Source of the DNA: Acidimicrobiia bacterium
Lineage (GTDB): Bacteria; Actinomycetota; Acidimicrobiia; Spongiisociales; UBA5794
Assembly (NCBI GenBank): GCA_041605955.1
Contig: JBFIXI010000003.1
Span: 22,988 to 86,987 of the forward strand
Length of the DNA stretch: 64,000 bases
Direction of reading: 5' to 3'
Position 1 is the stretch's first letter; every line of letters starts with the position of its first letter. The notes beneath the pieces are model-generated. The model made no database searches. It was given only the letters and a program-made list of their open reading frames with translations, and was not told where the DNA came from. This document shows, in pieces, positions 1 to 9,978 of this stretch. A program made the position numbers and the translations under genes.

Positions 1-2
1 TG

Positions 3-1016
3 CTCGCAGTCGTGCTGGTCGGAACATGGCGCGTCGATCAAGGCCTCATGACCGAGGGCACCCTGGTCACCTTCGCCTACCTCTTCCGGCTCATCGCGCT
101 TCCGATGCGGGTGTTTGCGTGGCTCCTCGGGCAGCTGCCCACCGCGATAGTCGGTTGGGACCGCATCGAGACAGTCCTCCGTCAGCACGACACTGTTGAG
201 TACGGCTCGGCCGGGTTGGTCAACCACGGCGGCGCCACCGCCGAGGCGGCCACGATGGGCTATCTGTATCCGGAGACGGAGACGGCCGACCTGGCCGACC
301 GGGTGGGCCCACCGGTGCCCGGCAACCACGATGAGCGACGCGGCATCGACTCCGTCACTCTCGATGTGCCGCCGGGCCGAACGGTGGCGCTGGTAGGCCC
401 TACGGGATCCGGCAAGACGACCGTGGCTCACCTGCTCATCCGACTCTTCGATCCCGACGCGGGGGTCGTTCGCCTCGACGGGAAACTGTTGGTCGATCTC
501 GAGCGCAGCGAGCTCGCCGAGGCCGCCGCCCTGGTATTCCAGGAGGCCTTCTTGTTCGACGACACGATCGCCGCCAACATCACCCTGGATGCTCCTTTCA
601 GTGAGGAGGAAGTCCACGCCGCAGCCCAGTTGGCGCAGGCCCATGAGTTCATCGCAGCGCTTCCCGACGGCTACGAGACGCTGGTGGGAGAGCGCGGGGC
701 CACCCTGTCGGGAGGACAGCGGCAACGGATCGCCCTCGCCAGAGCCTTGATCCGCCGCCCCCGCTTGCTGGTGCTCGACGACGCCACCTCGGCGGTGGAC
801 CCAGGCGTAGAGCGAAACATCCTCGAGGGCCTCGCCGGGCTCGACACCACAGTTGTCATCGTGGCCTACCGGCGCTCCTCGATAATGCTGGCTGACGAGG
901 TCATCTTCATCGAATACGGCCGCATCATCGGCCGCGGCACTCACTCCCACCTCTACGCCACTTTGCCGGCGTACCGATCGTTGATCGACGCCTACGACAC
1001 GGAGTCGGTGCAGTGA
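3..1016 (+). CDS. ABC exporter, fused permease/ATPase (5' truncated by window)
   Basis: Walker A GPTGSGKT, signature LSGGQRQR, Walker B LLVLDD; TM tail at N-terminus; frame open to window edge. Confidence 0.92.
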   Translation, partial: LAVVLVGTWRVDQGLMTEGTLVTFAYLFRLIALPMRVFAWLLGQLPTAIVGWDRIETVLRQHDTVEYGSAGLVNHGGATAEAATMGYLYPETETADLADRVGPPVPGNHDERRGIDSVTLDVPPGRTVALVGPTGSGKTTVAHLLIRLFDPDAGVVRLDGKLLVDLERSELAEAAALVFQEAFLFDDTIAANITLDAPFSEEEVHAAAQLAQAHEFIAALPDGYETLVGERGATLSGGQRQRIALARALIRRPRLLVLDDATSAVDPGVERNILEGLAGLDTTVVIVAYRRSSIMLADEVIFIEYGRIIGRGTHSHLYATLPAYRSLIDAYDTESVQ

Positions 1017-2836
1017 CCTCGACGATGACTCGCACCACGATGGAGGAGGAGGCTGCCGCCCGTGCCGGGGCTATGCGGACGATCCGTCGCGGGCTGGCCT
1101 TGTCGCCGGAGCTGCGCCGCGGCCTGCCCGGCACCATTGCCCTCGCATTGCTGGCCACCGCCGGCAAGGTGATCATCCCCATCGTCATTCAGCAGGTGCT
1201 CGACTTCGGAGTGACCGCCGACGGGGTCGACATGAGCCACGTCATGCGCATGATCATGGTGGCCCTCGGCGCCGTGGCGATCACGGCCGGAGCAACCGGG
1301 TGGATGCACCTGCGCCTTGCCAAGGTGTCGGAAACCGCCTTGTCGGGGCTGAGGATCCGCGCCTTCCGCCACATCCATGACCTCTCCATGCTCCATCAGG
1401 CGTCGGAGCAGCGAGGGGCGCTGGTGGCCCGCGTCACCTCCGATGTGGATCAGATAAGCCGCTTCATGCAATGGGCCGGCCTGATGATCATCGTCAACTC
1501 CGGCCAAGCGCTGATGGCGATCGTCGTCATGCTGGTGTATTCGCTGCCGCTGGCGTTGACCGTCGTTGCGGCCATCCCGCTCATCGCCTTCACCGTTCGC
1601 TGGTTTCAGCGCCGGCTCGAGAAAGCCTTCCTGCTAGTACGCGAGAAGGTAGGCCGCATGCTGGCCACCCTCGCCGAGGTCGTGGTAGGTGCTCCCGTGA
1701 TCCGGGCATACGGGATCGAAAGCCGGGTGCGCCGCAAGCTGGGCGACGCTATCGAAGACCACCGCAGCACAGCCGTGCGGGCCGGAGCGCTGTCTGCCAG
1801 CTTCTCGGGGGCGGGCGAGATCCTGTCATCGCTCGTGATCGCAGCCGTGCTGGTGGTGGGGACCCTGCTCGCCGTCGGTGGATCCGAGACGATCGGCACC
1901 GTCGTAGCCTTCCTCTTCCTCGTCCAGCTGTTCGTCCAACCGATTCAGACGTTCGGCGAGGCCGTCAACGAGGCGCAGACGGCGGTGGCCGGCTGGCGCC
2001 GGGTGCTCGATGTGCTCGATATCGCCCCCGACGTTGCCGATCCCGGCCCCGACGGCGTCGACCTCCCCCATCAGGCGCTGCGCGTCGAGTTTCGCAACGT
2101 GGCCTTCCGCTACCCGAAGACCGGCGAGAACGCCCGGGACGCAACCGGCACCATGGCGTTGCGGCGCCTGTCCGTCAGGATCGAGCCGGAGACTCGGGTC
2201 GCCGTCGTGGGGGAAACCGGATCGGGGAAGACGACATTCGCCAAGCTCCTGACGCGGCTGATGGACCCATCCGAGGGCGAGATCCTGGTGGGAGGGGTCG
2301 ACCTGAAACGGGTGCGCTTCGACTCGTTGCGCGACCGGGTGGTGATGGTTCCCCAAGAGGGCATGTTGTTTCGGGGCACCATCGCCGACAACGTCTTGAT
2401 GGGACGACCCGGCGCCGGCGGCGACGAGCTGACCGCCACCTTTCGCCGGCTTGGGCTCGACGATTGGATCGGCGAGCTGGCCGCCGGCCTCGACACTCCA
2501 GTCGGCGAGCGCGGATCGGCTCTCTCGGTCGGCGAGCGCCAACTCGTGACGCTGGTCCGAGCTGCGATCGCTGACCCGGACTTGCTCGTCCTCGATGAGG
2601 CAACGTCGGCAGTCGACCCGGCCACCGAGGTGCGGATCTCGCGGGCCCTCAGCGAGTTGACGGCCGGCCGCACGGTAGTCACGATCGCGCATCGGCTCAG
2701 TACCGCCGAGGCGGCGGATCGGGTGCTGGTTTTCGATCGGGGGCAGCTGGTCCAGGACGGGTCTCATCAGGAGCTGATGGCCGCCGGCGGGGTCTACGGC
2801 CGGCTCTTCGCCTCCTGGCAAAAAGGCACCATGTAG
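1013..2836 (+). CDS. ABC exporter, fused permease/ATPase (heterodimer partner)
   Basis: Multi-TM N-terminal domain, GETGSGKT, LSVGERQ, LLVLDEATS, AHRLST; 4-nt overlap with upstream gene. Confidence 0.93.
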   Translation: MTSTMTRTTMEEEAAARAGAMRTIRRGLALSPELRRGLPGTIALALLATAGKVIIPIVIQQVLDFGVTADGVDMSHVMRMIMVALGAVAITAGATGWMHLRLAKVSETALSGLRIRAFRHIHDLSMLHQASEQRGALVARVTSDVDQISRFMQWAGLMIIVNSGQALMAIVVMLVYSLPLALTVVAAIPLIAFTVRWFQRRLEKAFLLVREKVGRMLATLAEVVVGAPVIRAYGIESRVRRKLGDAIEDHRSTAVRAGALSASFSGAGEILSSLVIAAVLVVGTLLAVGGSETIGTVVAFLFLVQLFVQPIQTFGEAVNEAQTAVAGWRRVLDVLDIAPDVADPGPDGVDLPHQALRVEFRNVAFRYPKTGENARDATGTMALRRLSVRIEPETRVAVVGETGSGKTTFAKLLTRLMDPSEGEILVGGVDLKRVRFDSLRDRVVMVPQEGMLFRGTIADNVLMGRPGAGGDELTATFRRLGLDDWIGELAAGLDTPVGERGSALSVGERQLVTLVRAAIADPDLLVLDEATSAVDPATEVRISRALSELTAGRTVVTIAHRLSTAEAADRVLVFDRGQLVQDGSHQELMAAGGVYGRLFASWQKGTM

Positions 2837-2929
2837 CGGCGTCGGTGCGCGGCCGACCGGAGACGATGCGGCTTCCACCTTTCAAGAATGGACCGGCGCT
2901 TGCCGATATGGGGCTAGAGTCAACGTGAA

Positions 2930-2983
2930 AGCGCCAGATTTGACTTGTCAGCTTGCGGGCGCTCTAGAAATGCAGCTAAAGCG
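2930..2983 (+). ncRNA. SAM-II (SAM-alpha)/SAM-V-like riboswitch aptamer
   Basis: P1 AGCGCC(2930-35)/GGCGCT(2958-63), loop GATTTGAC...TTGC, 3' tail AAATGCAGCTAAAG as in SAM-II; upstream of a homocysteine methyltransferase. Confidence 0.75.
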
Positions 2984-2992
2984 ACGTTGAGG

Positions 2993-3020
2993 ACCGCCTC
3001 CCCGTCGTGAGGCGGTTTTT
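2993..3020 (+). terminator. Intrinsic terminator (riboswitch expression platform)
   Basis: ACCGCCTC-N8-GAGGCGGT followed by TTTT, between aptamer and CDS. Confidence 0.7.
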
Positions 3021-3077
3021 CCGTCTCATACGCCCCGCAGGCCCGAGTCATCTCGGCACCCGAAGACGGAGCAGCGC

Positions 3078-3998
3078 ATGGCCGATCAAACCAACACCTT
3101 CTCGGAGCTACTGGCAACGAAGTCGCTTCTAGTGGCCGACGGGGCGATGGGGACCGCCCTCTTCGACGCCGGCCTGGAGCCGGGAGGCTCGCCGGAGCTG
3201 CTCAACGTTGACGACCCGGCGCTGATCGGGTCCATCCATGGCTCCTACATCGACGCCGGAGCCGACATCATCCTCACCAACACGTTCGGCGGCAACGGCC
3301 CTCGCCTCGAGCTGCATCACAGCGCAGAGCGGGTGGTCGAGCTCAACCGGGCTGCGGCCGAAGTGGCCCGCCGCGTCGCCGCCACCGCCGACCGCCGGGT
3401 AGCCGTGGCCGGCAGCATCGGACCTACCGGGGCACTGTTGGAGCCCTACGGTCTGCTCACGGTCTCCCAAGCAGACGCCGCCTTTGCCGAGCAGGTTTCC
3501 GGGCTGGTGGCGGGCGGAGTCGACGTCCTGTGGATCGAGACGATGTCGTCGTTGGAGGAGCTGCAGGCCGCGTTTGGCGCCGCCGCCGCCTCGGGGCTCC
3601 CAGTCGTGGCCACGATGAGCTTCGACAGCCACGGTCACACGATGATGGGCGTTCACCCGACTGCTTTCGGCACGTGGGCCGGCACCACTGCCGGTCTGAC
3701 GGCTGCCGGTGCCAACTGCGGCATCGGACCGGATGACATCATCGCGGCCGTGACCGGAATCAAAGATTCGGCTCCCGAGACGGTCGTCGTGGCCAAGGGC
3801 AACTGCGGGGTGCCGCTGTACTCGGGGCTCACCATGGAGTATCCGACCACAGCAGACGACATGGCCGGTTACGTGGATGGGGCAGTCGCAGAAGGTGCCC
3901 GCATCGTCGGCGCCTGTTGCGGATCTACGCCGGCTCATATTGCCGCCATCCGCACCCGGGTGGACCAGATCGCCTACGGAGAGCCTGCCGGGGTCTGA
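3078..3998 (+). CDS. Homocysteine S-methyltransferase family protein (Bmt/MetH N-terminal-domain-like)
   Basis: DGAMGT, TNTFG, GSIGPTG, IETM; Zn ligands GANC and GACCG. Confidence 0.9.
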   Translation: MADQTNTFSELLATKSLLVADGAMGTALFDAGLEPGGSPELLNVDDPALIGSIHGSYIDAGADIILTNTFGGNGPRLELHHSAERVVELNRAAAEVARRVAATADRRVAVAGSIGPTGALLEPYGLLTVSQADAAFAEQVSGLVAGGVDVLWIETMSSLEELQAAFGAAAASGLPVVATMSFDSHGHTMMGVHPTAFGTWAGTTAGLTAAGANCGIGPDDIIAAVTGIKDSAPETVVVAKGNCGVPLYSGLTMEYPTTADDMAGYVDGAVAEGARIVGACCGSTPAHIAAIRTRVDQIAYGEPAGV

Positions 3999-4387
3999 GC
4001 TCCGCGGTGGTCGAGGCCGTCATCGGGCGGCGCGCCGCCAGCCCGCAACTCCCTGATCTGCAGCGCGGCAAAGGCGACGACGACCACGCTCACGGCGAGC
4101 AACCCGAGCCGACCTGCCGATGTCATGGCCGAGGGGAATCCGATCAGCACGATGCCCGCGGCCAGCACCCAGCCCAGATCAAGCACGATGGCGACCCACC
4201 ATCCGGATGGCGTACCGGTCGCGGCCAGTCGCCACAGAGTCAGCCCGTATCCAATCAGCAGCACCCCGGTCGACATCAGAAACCAAGCTTCGAGGCCCGT
4301 TGCCCCGTCCAGTAACGTCGCCCCGGCCAGCAGCGCGGCCCCGCTGCTCGCCGAGAAGGCTCCGTTGGCCTGCAGCACCCGTTCCAT
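3974..4387 (-). CDS. Small multi-TM membrane protein
   Basis: About four hydrophobic helices; GGAGG before ATG 4387; divergent from XRE regulator. Confidence 0.7.
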   Translation of the reverse strand: MERVLQANGAFSASSGAALLAGATLLDGATGLEAWFLMSTGVLLIGYGLTLWRLAATGTPSGWWVAIVLDLGWVLAAGIVLIGFPSAMTSAGRLGLLAVSVVVVAFAALQIRELRAGGAPPDDGLDHRGAQTPAGSP

Positions 4388-4449
4388 TGCGAGAACCTCC
4401 AATCCGCCGGCCGCCCGCACAGTCGCCACCATGACACCAAGTGATAATC

Positions 4450-4482
4450 AAGTCGATTACCTGGCTAGTAATAGATCGACTT
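4450..4482. promoter_or_regulatory. Palindromic operator in divergent promoter
   Basis: ATTAC-N7-GTAAT (4456-4472) nested with AAGTCGAT/ATCGACTT inverted repeat; AT-rich patch. Confidence 0.5.
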
Positions 4483-4506
4483 ATGTCATCCATCTATCAT
4501 CGAGGC

Positions 4507-5331
4507 ATGGCGGTCACGTTCGGCGAGAAGCTGCGGGATTGGCGCACCACCCGCCACCTGTCGCAGCTGGCGCTGGCCACCGAGGCCGGCGTCTCGCAGC
4601 GCCACATCAGCTTTCTCGAAACCGGCCGCGCCAAGCCCTCCCGAGAGATGGTCATCCATCTGGCGGCGGCCCTCGATATTCCTCTCCGCCAACGTAACGA
4701 TCTCCTGGGCAGCGCCGGATTTGCCCCGGCTTACACCGAGCGCAGTCCCGACGACAGCCAGCTGGCGGAGATCCGGGATGTGCTCGATCGGCTCCTCCTC
4801 GCCCATGAGCCCTATCCCGCCTACATCGTCGATCGATTGTGGAACCTGGTCGCCAGCAATCGGGTAGCGGCCGTGCTCCTCATAGCGGCAATCCCGCCCG
4901 GCGTCGATCCAGCCGACTTCGACGGCAACTTGCTGCGGCTCATGCTGCACCCGGCGGGGGCCCGCGGCGCAGTAGCAAACTGGGATGCAGCCGCCGCCGT
5001 ACTGCTGCGTCGCCTGACGCGCGAGGTAGCGGAACGACCAGGCGACGCCGAGCTCGCCGCCCTGCTCGCCGAGGCCCAGCAGTACGCGTCCGATGCCGGC
5101 GTCGATCTCACCGAACGGACTCCGCGCGCCGATGAGCTGCTGGTGCCTCTGATACTGCGCACACCGCTCGGGGAGATCGAGACCTTCACCACGATTGCGA
5201 CGATCGGCGCGGCGCACGATGTCACCTTGGAGGAGCTCCGTATCGAGACGCTGCTGCCGGCCACGCGCCACGCCGCCACCCTGTTGCACAGGTTGGCAGA
5301 GACGCCCGGAGCGGAGTTGGCCCCGACCTAG
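4507..5331 (+). CDS. XRE-family HTH regulator with MmyB-like ligand-binding domain
   Basis: LSQLALATEAGVSQRHISFLETGRAKPSR HTH; HEPYPA..VDRLWN..N C-terminal domain; leaderless -10 TATCAT 6 nt upstream. Confidence 0.9.
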   Translation: MAVTFGEKLRDWRTTRHLSQLALATEAGVSQRHISFLETGRAKPSREMVIHLAAALDIPLRQRNDLLGSAGFAPAYTERSPDDSQLAEIRDVLDRLLLAHEPYPAYIVDRLWNLVASNRVAAVLLIAAIPPGVDPADFDGNLLRLMLHPAGARGAVANWDAAAAVLLRRLTREVAERPGDAELAALLAEAQQYASDAGVDLTERTPRADELLVPLILRTPLGEIETFTTIATIGAAHDVTLEELRIETLLPATRHAATLLHRLAETPGAELAPT

Positions 5332-6842
5332 CCGAGCCCGGCCGCGTCGACAACGGCCCCGGCGCCGACGAGCTCCGCGGCCGCCGCCAGGTCGGGAGCC
5401 AGCACTCGATCGGCCTCCAACCGCGGCACCACCTGGCGCAGCCGGGCTACCACCCGACCCGTCACCGGCCCCGTTGGCGCCTCCCGCAGCTCGAGCGCCT
5501 GAGCTGCGGTGACCAGCTCGATGGCGAGCAGCCGCCGCAGGTTGGCCACGGCGCGCCGCAGTTTGCGAGCTGCGCCCCAGGCCATCGATACATGGTCTTC
5601 CTGCATTGCCGAGGTTGGCAGCGAGTCGACGCTGGCCGGCGCCGCCAGCCGGCGGTTCTCGGCGGCGATCGACGCCGCTGTGTACTGCGCCAACATCAGG
5701 CCGGACGAAACGCCTGGGTCCGCGGTGAGAAAAGCGGGAAGGCCGTGGGATCTCGCCGGATCGAGCATCCGATCGACCCGGCGTTCGGCGATCGCTCCCA
5801 CCTCCGCGCATGCAATCGCCAACAAATCACACGCCAGGCCGAGCGGGGCGGCGTGGAAGTTGCCGACCGACTCGATGCGGCCGTCCGGCGTGACGACCGG
5901 ATTGTCGATAGCGGACCGCATCTCGTTCTCGGCCACCTGCACCGCATGCGCCCAAGCGTCGCGGCCCGCGCCGTGCACCTGAGGGGCACACCGCAGCGAG
6001 TAGGCATCCTGAACACGGGGATCATCGTGTCGATGGGAGGCAACGATCGGCGACCCTTCCAGGGCCGCATAGATCCGGGCGGCCGCCACGGCTTGGCCCG
6101 GCTGAGGCCGCATTCCCACGACGTCGGCGGCGAAAGCCCGGTTGGTCCCGAGCAATGCCTCGACGCTCATTGCCGCCGTGATGTCGGCAGTATCGAGCAG
6201 CCGCTCCATGTCGGCGAGCGCCAGCACCAGCATGCCGAGCACGCCGTCGGTGCCGTTGATCAGCGCCAGGCCCTCCTTGGCTTCGAGCTCCAGCGGCTCC
6301 CAACCGCGGGCGGCGAGCGCGTCCGCGGCCGCCACATCGTGCCCGTCGATCTCGACACTGCCCTCTCCGAGGAGCGCGAGAGCGGCATGGGCGAGTGGAG
6401 CCAGGTCCCCGGAGGCGCCCAACGAGCCGAACTCGTAGACCGCCGGTGTCACCCCGGCGTTGAGCAGGTCGAGCATGCGCTCGACCACTAGTGGTCGAAT
6501 CCCAGATGCCCCCATGGCGAGGGTGCGAGCGCGCAGCAAGATCATGGCCCGCACCACCTCACGTTCGACGCGCCCCCCCATTCCCGCGGCGTGCGAGCGG
6601 ATCAGATTGCGTTGCAGCTCGCGGCGGCGAACCTCCGGTATGAACTGCAGGGCGAGGGCACCAAACCCAGTCGAGACTCCGTATACCGGTTCTCCGGAGG
6701 CGGCGAGCCGCTCGACAACCCGTCGGGATCGCTCCATGACGTGGCGCGCCTCGTCGCTCAAGGCGACGGTGGCCGCGTCGCGGGCGACGGCAACCACGTC
6801 GGCGCGAGTCAAACCCGTCCCAGTGAGCAGTACGTCACTCAT
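5328..6842 (-). CDS. hutH: Histidine ammonia-lyase
   Basis: VYGVSTGFG, MIO motif GSLGASGDLAPLAH, QDAYSLRCAPQVHG, QEDHVSM. Confidence 0.96.
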   Translation of the reverse strand: MSDVLLTGTGLTRADVVAVARDAATVALSDEARHVMERSRRVVERLAASGEPVYGVSTGFGALALQFIPEVRRRELQRNLIRSHAAGMGGRVEREVVRAMILLRARTLAMGASGIRPLVVERMLDLLNAGVTPAVYEFGSLGASGDLAPLAHAALALLGEGSVEIDGHDVAAADALAARGWEPLELEAKEGLALINGTDGVLGMLVLALADMERLLDTADITAAMSVEALLGTNRAFAADVVGMRPQPGQAVAAARIYAALEGSPIVASHRHDDPRVQDAYSLRCAPQVHGAGRDAWAHAVQVAENEMRSAIDNPVVTPDGRIESVGNFHAAPLGLACDLLAIACAEVGAIAERRVDRMLDPARSHGLPAFLTADPGVSSGLMLAQYTAASIAAENRRLAAPASVDSLPTSAMQEDHVSMAWGAARKLRRAVANLRRLLAIELVTAAQALELREAPTGPVTGRVVARLRQVVPRLEADRVLAPDLAAAAELVGAGAVVDAAGLG

Positions 6843-7425
6843 GCGGGCCGACCTGTGGCTCGGTGCGGGCGATGACGTCGGCGATGCGCTTCAGGTAGGT
6901 CGTCATTCCGTGCCGGCTGAAGTTGTCCCACGTCGCCATCGAGGTGGAGTCTTCCATGCGGTCGACGATGAGCCTGCCATTGAGATGATCCACCTCGTGC
7001 TGCACGGTGCCCGCCGTCAGGCCGCGATAGACGGCGGTGAACGGCGTCCCGTCGCGATCCCACGCAGACACTTCGATGCTCATGTGGCGGTCGAGGTCGC
7101 CGCGCAGAGGGACGCTCAGACATCCCTCATTGTTGAGCCACATCTCATCATCGAGCAGCTCGATCACCGGATTCACCAGCACCGTGAGCGGGATGGGCGG
7201 CTTGTACGGATAGCGCTCGTTGTGGTCTACCCCAATCACACAGATAGCGAGCAAGACGCCTATCTGATTGGCCGCGATCCCGGCACCGTCGGCGGCCGCC
7301 ATCGTCTCGATCATGTCGTCGATGGCCCCTTGGACGCCCGGGTCCGCCAGCTCAGCGGCCGCCACCCGGCGGGTGGGCCGGCGTAGAACCGGATCCCCGA
7401 TCTGGAGTATCGGCCTAACCGCCAT
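6835..7425 (-). CDS. def: Peptide deformylase family protein (inside hut operon)
   Basis: All three PDF motifs: GAGIAANQIG, EGCLS, QHEVDHLNG; overlaps hutI and hutH. Confidence 0.93.
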   Translation of the reverse strand: MAVRPILQIGDPVLRRPTRRVAAAELADPGVQGAIDDMIETMAAADGAGIAANQIGVLLAICVIGVDHNERYPYKPPIPLTVLVNPVIELLDDEMWLNNEGCLSVPLRGDLDRHMSIEVSAWDRDGTPFTAVYRGLTAGTVQHEVDHLNGRLIVDRMEDSTSMATWDNFSRHGMTTYLKRIADVIARTEPQVGPHE

Positions 7426-8644
7426 CGGAGCCCACTCCAGCAACCTGAGTGCCGCCGATCCACAGCCCGGCTAGCAGCGGCGCGCCGAACCAATAGCTGA
7501 GCGCCGCCGGCGAGACAACGTCCCATAGAGCCAGGTCGGCCCGCATTCCAACCGCAATCTCCCCCCGATCGTGGAGTCCGAGCGCCGCCGCCGCATGGCG
7601 CGTTGCGCCGTGGAGCGTCTCGGCAGGGGTCAAACCGAACCGAGTCGCCGCCAGTGCCATGGCCAACTGCAACGAGCCCACCGGCGCCGATCCGGGGTTG
7701 AGGTCGGTGGCGACGGCGATCCTGACGCCGGCAGCCCGCATCGCCTCGACCGGCGGTCGCAACGGCTCGTCCAGGAACGTAGCTGCCCCGGGGATGAGCA
7801 CGGCAACCGTTCCGGCCGCCGCCATCGCCTCCAAGCCGGCAGGAGCGGCATGCTCGAGGTGATCGGCGGACAGCGCCCCATGTTCGGCGGCGAGGGCTGC
7901 CCCGCCGCCGTCCGATAGCTGGTCGGCGTGCAGCCGCACGGGCAAGCCGGCGGCAGCGGCGGCTGCGAAGACCCGCCGCACCTGGTCTGGCGTGAACGCG
8001 ATCTTCTCGCAGAAGGCATCGACCGAATCGGCCAGGCCTTCGGCGGCGACGGCCGGGATCATCTCGCGACAGATGTGGTCGACGTAGCGGTCGGGGTCGT
8101 CGCGCAGCTCGTTGGGCACCGCATGGGCGCCCAGCAGCGAGGTGTGCACCGCTACGGGAAGCTCCCGACCGACCCGCCTCGCCACTCGGAGCATGCGCAG
8201 CTCGGTTGCCGTATCGAGCCCATAACCCGACTTGATCTCCACCGTGGCCACACCACTGGCCATCAGCCATCTCACCCTGGCGGCGGCCAAAGCGAACAGC
8301 TCCTCCTCCGCAGCCGCCCTGGTGGCGGTGACCGTCCGCCGGATGCCGCCGCCGGCGGCGGCGATGTCGGCGTACGAGGCTCCGCAGAGACGGCGTTCGA
8401 AGTCGACGAGGCGCTCGCCGGCGAACACCAAGTGGGTATGGCAGTCGATCAGCGCCGGCGTCAGCAACCGTCCGGCGGCGCTCACCGTCGCCGCCGGCTC
8501 GATCTTTGAGGACGGAGGCCCTACATAGGCGATGCGCCCATCGGCGATGCCCACCACGCCACCATCGAGCAGGCCGTAATCACCGGCCACCCCGACCGTC
8601 GCCACCATGGCGTCGACGACCAGGGTGTCGACGGCGACCGTCAC
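7415..8644 (-). CDS. hutI: Imidazolonepropionase
   Basis: LIDCHTH, EIKSGYGL, DAFCE, HADQL, SADHLE, ATDLNPGS; GTG overlaps hutF stop. Confidence 0.95.
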   Translation of the reverse strand: MTVAVDTLVVDAMVATVGVAGDYGLLDGGVVGIADGRIAYVGPPSSKIEPAATVSAAGRLLTPALIDCHTHLVFAGERLVDFERRLCGASYADIAAAGGGIRRTVTATRAAAEEELFALAAARVRWLMASGVATVEIKSGYGLDTATELRMLRVARRVGRELPVAVHTSLLGAHAVPNELRDDPDRYVDHICREMIPAVAAEGLADSVDAFCEKIAFTPDQVRRVFAAAAAAGLPVRLHADQLSDGGGAALAAEHGALSADHLEHAAPAGLEAMAAAGTVAVLIPGAATFLDEPLRPPVEAMRAAGVRIAVATDLNPGSAPVGSLQLAMALAATRFGLTPAETLHGATRHAAAALGLHDRGEIAVGMRADLALWDVVSPAALSYWFGAPLLAGLWIGGTQVAGVGSDGG

Positions 8645-9978
8645 TCCAGCACCGCAGCCAGTCCCCCGCCCAACGCTCCGGGGTCCCATGCGCCGGCGTG
8701 GCGACCGTGCGCCACTATCTGCCGACCACCGACGAACACGTCGGCCACGTCGTCACGGGTGGCGGCGAATATCACCTCCGCCAGCGAGCTGTCCGGCCCG
8801 ATCCCGGCGAGTCGATACGAGCTCGTGTCGACCACGATGAAATCGGCCGGGGCCCCCGGTTCGAGCCTGCCCAGGCCGCTCCAGCCGAGCGCATCGCCAC
8901 CGTTGCGACCGGCCGCATCCACCAGACTTGCCGGGGCGTGAACCCCACGCGCCTGGGTGCGCAGCCGATCGTGCAGCTCGACACCCCTGGCTTCTTCGAA
9001 CATGTCGACTACGGCGTTGGAATCCGTGCCCAAGCTGAGAGGAACCCCAGCTCGGGCGAGCTCGGCTGCCGGCCCGAGGCCGTCTCCGAGATCCCGCTCT
9101 GTTGTCGGGCACAGACAGACGGCCGCGCCCGACGCGGCGAGCAGCTCGATGTCGCGTTCGCTGAGGTGGGTGGCGTGGATTGCCGTTGCCCCCGGGGCCA
9201 GCACCCCGGTGTCGACCAGCAGCTCAGTCGGCGTCACGCCATGCTCGGCGATGCACGCCTCGTTCTCGGCGGGCTGCTCGCTGACGTGTACGTGAACCGG
9301 CAAGCCGAGCTCGTCCGCCACCCGGCGAATCGTCCCCAGGTCCTTGGCGGGCACCGCGCGAACGCTGTGGGCGGCGACGGCGAGTTGCACCAGCGGCGCA
9401 TCGGCGACGTCGGCGGCCAGCACCCGCACCCGGTCGGCCCACGCCTCCACCGAGCCATCGCTGAAGCGCGCCTGAGGGGGCCGCAGCGGAGCACCGGCGA
9501 CGCTTCCAGTCAGATAGCAAGTGTCGATGAGGGTGAGGCGGATCCCCGCTTCTGCGGCCGCCTGCATCAGCGCATGGCCCATCGCGCTCGGATTCGGGTA
9601 CCGCTCGCCGCCGGCGGCGTGGTGGAGATAGTGGAACTCGCCCACCGCGGTGATGCCGCCACTGAGCATCTCGGCGAAGACACCGGCGGCGAGGCGGCGA
9701 TACGTGTCGGGATAGAGCTCGTCCGCCACGCGGTACATGAGATCGCGCCACGCCCAGAAGTCACCTCCTTGCTCGTGCGTTCTCCCCCGCAAGGCGCGGT
9801 GAAAGGCGTGCGAGTGGGTATTGACGAAGGCGGGCAGCACTATGCCGCGCAGGATCGGGGCGGCAAATGTGCTGTCGGTCCGCAAGGCGGAGAACTTGCC
9901 GTCCTCGATTTCGATCAGCACGTCGCGGGTGAGGCCGGGTCCGCCCAACCAGGCGGCCTGGGCGCGCAGCCGCCTCAC
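8641..9978 (-). CDS. hutF: Formimidoylglutamate deiminase
   Basis: [55 protein letters not shown]. Confidence 0.94.
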   Translation of the reverse strand: MRRLRAQAAWLGGPGLTRDVLIEIEDGKFSALRTDSTFAAPILRGIVLPAFVNTHSHAFHRALRGRTHEQGGDFWAWRDLMYRVADELYPDTYRRLAAGVFAEMLSGGITAVGEFHYLHHAAGGERYPNPSAMGHALMQAAAEAGIRLTLIDTCYLTGSVAGAPLRPPQARFSDGSVEAWADRVRVLAADVADAPLVQLAVAAHSVRAVPAKDLGTIRRVADELGLPVHVHVSEQPAENEACIAEHGVTPTELLVDTGVLAPGATAIHATHLSERDIELLAASGAAVCLCPTTERDLGDGLGPAAELARAGVPLSLGTDSNAVVDMFEEARGVELHDRLRTQARGVHAPASLVDAAGRNGGDALGWSGLGRLEPGAPADFIVVDTSSYRLAGIGPDSSLAEVIFAATRDDVADVFVGGRQIVAHGRHAGAWDPGALGGGLAAVLE

